Assembly: GCA_964304625.1 (NCBI GenBank)
Contig: OZ199838.1
Coordinates: forward strand, 13,087,843-13,151,842
Length of the DNA stretch: 64,000 nt
Reading direction: 5' to 3'
DNA from: Kudoa neothunni
Lineage: Eukaryota > Animalia > Cnidaria
Every line of letters starts with the position of its first letter. Position 1 is the first letter of the stretch. Below are positions 56,980-64,000 of the stretch, piece by piece. Both the position numbers and the translations under genes were made by a program. The notes beneath the pieces were generated by a model. That model searched no databases. It was not told the DNA's origin and saw nothing but the letters and a program-made list of their open reading frames with translations.

Positions 56980-57250
56980 ACACTGTGTTATGGGATTAAT
57001 TACTTTATAATTCTTATCGTTGAAACTAATTGTTTTAGCGAATCAAACAATTAATTGTATCTAATCAACAAATACAATTAATAATTACTAATCCAATTAT
57101 ATTTCTAAAATAATGAGTAGACCCCAGATTGTTTCGATTGTTCACTATAACAATTGAATCTTGGAATATATGTTGTTGAACGATTAAATACAAAGGGAGC
57201 AACAATGGCTCAATTAATCCATTCATAATTATTACTGCAAAAAGGACACA
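56980..57250 (-). pseudogene. possible Merlin/ISXO2-like transposase remnant
   Basis: LPLYLIVQQHIFQDSIVIV resembles the L.PII.QHI.PGSIV.SD motif, and downstream INPITQC resembles FVNP.TG. Very degenerate. Confidence 0.3.
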
Positions 57251-58541
57251 TCCATAATTTACAATATTATATTTTGCACAGTTAAATGGTTGTTTAAAGA
57301 GAAATGGCTCGAGTGAAGCAAAGTAATAGAGTAAAAAGAAATTTCTCAAATTACCTATAACATATTTTTTTACATTTTAATTAAGTAAGAGAGGAGTTTA
57401 ATTATAATTTATCTACATTTTATTTAGACAGCATAGCCAGTTTAAAGGAGTGTGTTGATTAATTGTTGTGTAATAGTGGGTGTCGATTTGCTCAGAATCG
57501 ACAATTGAGGATATAATTTAGTCATGAAGATAGAATGGCACTCAACATGCCCTTCATAAGCGGGAATTAATTGCAATAAAGATTAAAAATATTAAATAAA
57601 AGGGGCGAAATGATGCGTGACCAAAATTTAAACTTTTGGGGACACAATAAGATTTACCCAATAAAGCAATTGAATAGGTATAACGAATTTAGCTTGTTTT
57701 CAACCGAAAATGGATAATTTTCACAAATAAATTTTCTCAAACAAATCATTAGTGGATGATATATATTTTAGCGGCCAACATTATAAGTAGATTGAAAAAT
57801 TGGGCCATTAAAAATAATCCACTTTAATCTAATTAAACTTATTAACCAGTAACATTGTTGTTGGTTGTAGGAAATTGGTATCTCCGAACCATGGATAAAA
57901 ATTCAACAAATAAACAATTGATTTAATAGAAAAAAAAAGAATATCTAAAAGAATTCGTTATCACAGCTAGGTTAATTGAATAATCCGAGAGTAACCAATA
58001 TCTTGTGGATATATTGAAAACAGTTTATTATATTTTCGGCGCACTGTGTATTATTGGGTAGATCCGATAAAAGTTGTAGTAAATTCACGGCTATGCCAAT
58101 TAATTTTCAAAAATAAATTTCTTTTGATAGAATAATTAAAATATTATGAGATGGCTGGTTGAAAATGGCCGATATATGATAACTAAAATATTCAATGCCA
58201 TCATAGATGTGCATTGTTCAATGTTGATAAACTATCAATGTAGTACACTTGGATAAATAGTTTACAATGTGAATCCATCAAATTAAATATATTATCAAAT
58301 AAATTAAACAATAGAACAAATTGATAACTATGGTTGGTAGATATAAATGTTATACAGTTGAAATAGATTAGAAAGATAGCCGATTTGAGTCTCCAAGCGT
58401 ATTATTGGATAACAAAGAAATTCACGGTTTCATTCATATGACAACTGTTTATCAACTCAAAGCTTAATTGAATAATTTAACAAAGGTTATTATCAGCCAT
58501 TTTGATATTTTAGATTTTAAATTTTACTGTTGGATCAGTGT

Positions 58542-59496
58542 ATGGCCAAGATGTCGGGTTATTACGATCGAATTGGTGAATCAACTAAACCATTACATTT
58601 AGATGTGTACAAAATTGAAAATTTTAATGGTTCTATACCATGTTCAGCTATAAGCAGTTTGTTGGATGCCATAAAAAAGTCCAATGATACTTTGAGCCCA
58701 TCAAAAAAGGTGGCACCTAAAAATGGTATCATCCCTAACATCAATAAAAACAAAAATAGCAACGCTGAGAGCTGTTTTCACTGCGCTATCCATTCCACTA
58801 ACAGAACCGCTACGAACCGAACCAGTAGTGGTTATGATGACAACTTTTTCGAGGTTCTTTCTCTGTCGGGGTTGAAATCAAGGTCTATATCCAATTTGGA
58901 AACGTTGAAAAGCAACCAATTCCACAACCAAAGAAATATCATCAGTAGTGGAGTTGTCGATGCTATAAATGACGAAAATGATTTCGCCTGGTTCCAACCT
59001 GGAATCTCACACGAAAGCACCTCCATAAAAACTTCCTATAACAACAGTATATTCAACCCTTACAAACATCATAATCATAGCGCTCTCTCATGCAATGATG
59101 AGGTATTTTTCACCGAAAATGAAGACGAATTAATCGAACCAAAAACACCTACCAGCGCCAATCTATTACCCCCCTTCACCTCAACCACCATTACTATCGT
59201 CACCAAAACTTACCAGCAATGTTTTCACTATTAAACGTGATCCCAAATATAAAACTGAACTATGCCGCAACTATGAACAGACTAAAAAATGCAACTATGG
59301 TAGGAAGTGCCAATTCGCCCATGGTATCCTTGAACTTAAAATTATCGAACGTCATCCCAACTACAAAACTAAGCCTTGTATCGCCTACCATCTTGATGGC
59401 ATCTGTAACTATGGTAAGCGATGCAATTTCATTCACGATGAAATTCCTGTCTATATCAACAAGTATACTACTTCGCATTGTTCAAAAGTAACGTAA
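58542..59496 (+). CDS. TIS11/ZFP36-family tandem CCCH zinc-finger mRNA-decay protein, with one +1 frame break
   Basis: A frame not shown in the ORF track reads YKTELC-x8-C-x5-C-x3-H, an 18-aa linker, then YKTKPC-x8-C-x5-C-x3-H (about 59248-59436), with stop at 59494-59496. It lies +1 relative to the upstream 234-aa ORF. Confidence 0.9.
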
Positions 59497-59679
59497 GAAT
59501 TATATTATTATAGAGTTTCAATAAAATCCAAGTCTACAAACTGAACCAAGCACTTTTTTGTTTTCTATTATTTGTCGTATTAATTTGTTTAACTATAAAA
59601 ATATTGAATATTAACTGTTTAAATTGGTTACATAAATAATAAATTTACATGCTTTCAAGTGTTACATTTTCAAGTATGT

Positions 59680-62600
59680 TTATTGGAGGTTTTCTTTGCG
59701 TGTTGTTGGATTTGTGAGGTAGATTAGATTTGATAGCTTTTCTATTGATTCCAACTCTTTCTCTAAGGTTTTGTCCTAATGTATGAATTTAATAATTTAA
59801 TTCGACAAATGAAATTCACCTTAAACCAACTATGTGTGATTATCTTGTTAATGGAGAGTCTTTTTGAAGGTTCAACCACTATCAATCCTCGTATGAAATT
59901 CTTAACTAAAATACTTATGTTAATATAGTTTTAGTTTGGTTTGGTGACAGTTGGTGAGAAAAATTTTCGATCAAAAGACCACATAGTTAAATTTTATTGA
60001 TAGTTTAGGGTTCTTTAACAAGCATTTTTCATACATATAATATAAATTGCAGCATATAATACAGGAATATTCAAATTTTTTGGTTTGTAAAACAGATCTT
60101 TTCTCTTGTTGGAAAATCTAATAACCCCTGACCTATAAATGTGTTAATATTCGTTAAAAATTTGAGTCTGGTGGATTTTAAGGTGTTAGACTGTAATTCT
60201 AAATTATGGCTGAATTTTCATCCAAACAAAATCAGTAAAATGTGTCTTGGTTTTAGTATTATTTCGCTAATAAATTGCCTTATCCATCATCCGCACCATT
60301 AAAAATAAATTATGCCATATTTGTGACGTATGTAATGGATTTAACGTAATTTTTAAATCATATAAGTACAAAATATAGATATTATTATTTTTAAATTATT
60401 ACATAACATAATTATAGCTGTAATGCGGTTAGTTAATGTTTTTCTTGTAAAAATAAAAAATATAAAACCAAATCAACCTTGATTTTTTCAAATTTTCTTG
60501 GAATATCTAAAGATGACTGCTGATCTATAATTATTTTTTGTACTAAAAAATTTATAAACTAAAAATAAACATTCAATATTTATACAATAATTTATGACTA
60601 AATATTTTCGTTATAAATGGTTAAATTATGCTAGATATTCTTATCGGATATTATTTTCAGCGTGCGTATGACAAATGTTACAACTTTTGTTCTAAGTCAG
60701 TGTTTCCCAACCTGGTGGCGACGCCCCTCCAGTGGGCTTGAAAAAATTTTGGAAAGTTAACTTAGTGGATCTGGTGTGATGCGGAAAATCCTAAGCATTG
60801 ACGTGACATGCATTATGGTGAGATCATTGGACAGTGGGGCGCACTTTCGAATAAATACCTCGACCTTGTTTATTCTTAAATGACAATTAATATCATAAAA
60901 CAATACCGAAAGTAATGACTAATTATATAAACATAAATAATAACATTTAAAATGATCTTTACTCGAAGAGAAGCAGAATTATTTTAACCCTCTAATCCAC
61001 TTAAAATCGACTTCCACCTCTTTCTTATGGGCTTTAGGGTAAAAAATACCCCAGACTTTTTTTTATTTCGTATGCAAGAAAAAAATGTAATTTTTTGAAA
61101 TTATACGAAAGAGAATAAATTTATTGTCGTAACCAGTTGAAAATAAATGAATTAAGTCTATAGTAATCCTTGTAATCCTACGATATCTAACCTCGTTAAA
61201 AAATCGTCGTACTAATTTATAGAAAATGTAGAGTTTTTTATTGCGAATCACAGAAAATTTTTTTTTCCATAAATATGACAATATAGTTAATTGTTTAACC
61301 CTAATCCACACGGTGGGGGTCAAAATGACCCCCAGCCGGTTTAATCTACATTTTTCTCAATGCACGCTTTATGAAAACAATTTATTTCCAATTAAAATTA
61401 TTATAATTATAATCATAACTATTTTCCAAAATTTTAGATCAAAAATTTTTATATACATTTAAAATCACACTACATTAAAAATTACGTGACCCTCATCTTT
61501 TTATTAAAAACTCTGAATAGTTTTATGATAGAAGATTACATAGCGTATTGGGGGGGGGGGGATATTTTAATGTTGCATAAAATGTATAAATCTTATAAAC
61601 TGGTGTTTAGCAGATACGAAAAAATTACATCTTTAATCATGCGCGAGACAACATATTCCAAATTTGTGAAAAAACATTTTATTCAAATTAAAACATTAAT
61701 AAAGTCATGTATTGAGATAAAAAATAATTTGAATTATATCAAAAGTTTATTAGATTATATAATCATATTATTAAAACAACCATGCATGCTTTATTTTGGA
61801 CGTTGAATCATTAACTTATTTCCATCTGCAGATGGAGAGAAACATTGTTAATTTATTATCTATATTAGAATATCAATTGATGTATGATTATTTTGAGCAA
61901 TTATTCACACTGTCAATAAGTCACATTTATCCATTTTTATGTCATTTTTAAATGGATGGATTTACAATAAATAACAGTCAATTTAATATTTTAGAAATTT
62001 ATTAAAAATCCTAAATTAGTGTGGGATTAATAGCAAGATACTACTTCTACAGGTTGTTTGCAGGGTACAATGGATTCCGAATAGTCTGAAAAAATCGTAA
62101 ATTTTGAAGAAACCGTTGATAACCCCTGCGTTAGAGGGTTAATCCCAATCTCGTCCTCATTTATAATCGTGATTTCCTCTGTTTTTGGTTTAACCAATAA
62201 TAATATTGATTAATTTTCTATCTATCTATATATCTAGATTGTTTGTTTTTGGATTGAAAGCCTTGCCAATTGCAAATTTGATTCCAAGACTTTAACTTAC
62301 GACTGTTTTTGACGAAGTGAGGAATTAAGGATGCCAATTTTTAAGTTCCATAGATTGATTACGTTAGATTTTTTCAAATACATTTTATTGAGAAACGAAT
62401 TATATTTTAACCACTTACTAATTTTAATGTGATATGAAACTTTATTTAAAGTTTTAAGCAGTTTAAATTAAAAAATAAATACTTTTGAACAAGATGAGGA
62501 CACGAAGCTGTTCTCCAAGAAAAAGTAAGGCGCGATATAAAAAAGGTTGGGAAACACGGATCTAATTGATATTATCAGCCCCATTTCTACTTTTAATGAA

Positions 62601-64000
62601 GTTTGGGATGCAAACTTTAAAATTTTAAAGATTAATCAGTTTATTAAGTAAAATTATTTCAATATAAATAAACAATTAAACATTTTAATAAAATACCAAA
62701 CCTATTATATAGCGATGAAAATCAACAATCGACAAATAGTGTTTAGTTTACTATTTAAATATGTTTGATCTTGAGACTTTTCCATTAAAAAAATAAAAAA
62801 CTCAATAATCCCATCACCCATTACTAGACAAACTTGGAATTTTGCGCTAATTTTTTATATGGTATACCAGTTCTACTGACGTAATTCCATCGTAGAGAAT
62901 TAAACAGTTTATGTTTATTTTCCACCTGTCCTTTTATATTGTGGTCTGTAGAATAAGGAAAATAACCCGATATTCTAAAAAAAATAAATTCTTCACATGA
63001 GGTCAATTTATTACAGCACATAAGTAACAACACCAATCGACCAATAATCAGCTGTATAATTGTATCGAGGTTTGATCCAAGACTCGGGGGCGCTGTACGC
63101 TTTAGTGCCAGCTGCTTTAGTAAAATAGCCGTCTGATGTGAACTCTTTTGAAAATCCAAAATCACAAAGTTTAATCTTAAAATTATTGCTATAACGCATC
63201 CAATTTGAAACAGATTTCAATTACTTGGGGATATCCAGACTCTGATGTTATTTTGCTAAGAAGAATGTTTTCCGGCTTAATATCAAAATGTGCAATTGAT
63301 ATACCATGCAGATATTCAACTGCCTTCGCCAACTATTTTGAGTTATATCAACAGGAGATAAATGTTTCTACTGATAAATAATGCACTTGGCACATTCTTC
63401 TCCTAAGTGACCAACATATTTCCCCATCACATAGCTTAACAAATCAGCTTCCATCCGTTCCATGATGTAATATATCTATATTTAACTAATTATAAATGGA
63501 GATATTAGTTGCTTACATAATTATAAGTTTCCACGAGTCGATACATACCAGTAATAGCTGGGAAGGATAATCTCTTTGTTAGAGATTAGAATATCAAACA
63601 TTGGAATATACGATACTTTATTCAGGTTGTATTCATTTAGGAACTGAAGATGGGTGGTTTTTTTGTATTTTGATTTTTCAATTACTTTAACGGCAATCAC
63701 CTTATTTTCAAATTTATCAAGACCTATCAATAAAAATAAGTTTTATCCATTAAAAATTTTTGTGTGAATAGTTAATATTTGAAAATTAATTTTAAAATAT
63801 CATAGTAGATATTTTAGAAATACCAATTTTTTTATAATAAAAGTTGAATTCAATAAACTACCTGAGTATACAGTTCCATATTGACCAGACCCTAAAACTT
63901 TTTCTTTTTCAACTTGAAAAAACAATCCAAACAGCTAAGAAACGGTCGTAAGACATTATGTATACAAATATTAAACTAACTTCTTCATTGACGACTGATT
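59680..64000 (-). CDS. protein kinase D-like Ser/Thr kinase (kinase domain and C-terminus; 5' part outside the window)
   Basis: VLGSGQYGTVYSG, IAVKVIEK, HFDIKPENILL...GYPQ|IKLCDFGF, GTKAYSAPE, DYWSIGVVTYV|ISGYFPY. After a 2962-nt intron (59906-62867) the protein continues VKNFIRGLIVVEPSKRLSINKIITHSWFK|DKTLEKELESIE...YLT...LQ*. Confidence 0.88.
60988..62138. mobile_element. piggyBac-type element nested in the Charlie element
   Basis: TTAA|CCCTCTAA...TTAGAGGG|TTAA (TTAA at 60984-60987 and 62139-62142). Confidence 0.75.
61299..61340. mobile_element. additional piggyBac-type end nested inside 60988-62138
   Basis: TTAA|ccctaatccacac followed by the perfect palindrome tgggggtca-aaa-tgaccccca (61314-61334). 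A possible degraded partner end gtgtgggatta lies near 62020. Confidence 0.6.

Larger units (their letters stand above)
60698..62559. mobile_element. non-autonomous hAT-Charlie element in the kinase intron
   Basis: TIR cagtgtttcccaacct / aggttgggaaacacgg (15/16). Flanks ttctaagt / atctaatt match at 6/8 and resemble NTCTAGAN. Confidence 0.85.

Noticed and set aside
59219-59491. 90-aa ORF MFSLLNV... and antisense ORFs (59260-59478, 58562-58762, 29865-30137, 42790-43020)
   Set aside because: These are alternative-frame or antisense shadows of real coding sequence with no independent motifs.
61550-61561. G12 run as a G-quadruplex or regulatory element
   Set aside because: A single homopolymer inside nested transposon DNA. 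Its length is also unreliable in this assembly.
62700-62867. ORF-track C-terminus of the kinase (GIPYKKLAQNSKFV)
   Set aside because: This is intron read-through. The true subdomain XI exons lie at 59680-59905.

Overview
AT-rich eukaryotic nuclear DNA using the standard code, with GT-AG introns mostly about 40-65 nt. The gene set and motifs are animal-type but strongly diverged. By inference this is a reduced parasitic metazoan such as a myxozoan, which the sequence alone cannot prove. About 12 multi-exon or intron-poor genes were reconstructed by hand: an unknown minus-strand gene with weak NEPRO/DUF4477 similarity, a SIPA1L-type RapGAP, a 4-TM MARVEL-like protein, MMS22L, RPL31, a frameshift-riddled SLC3A/GH13-like gene, nardilysin, NIF3L1, glutaminyl cyclase, seipin, a TIS11/ZFP36 tandem CCCH protein and a protein kinase D-like kinase. 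Intergenic DNA and the few long introns are filled with decayed DNA transposons: Tc1/mariner DD34E, hAT/Charlie-SPIN, pogo/Tigger MITE, piggyBac-type TTAA elements with a GGGGTC-N-GACCCC subterminal palindrome, and tRNA-derived SINE-like heads. Two patterns stand out. (1) piggyBac-type elements sit inside hAT elements repeatedly, one case with an empty-site paralog in the same window. (2) Single-base frameshifts recur at homopolymer runs in otherwise intact genes. These are most likely long-read consensus errors, but a slippage or recoding explanation is testable. No CRISPR array, rRNA or intact tRNA was found. I found no well-supported new biological system; the findings below are ranked leads. 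All exon boundaries and alignments were made by eye from remembered family motifs, not from searches.
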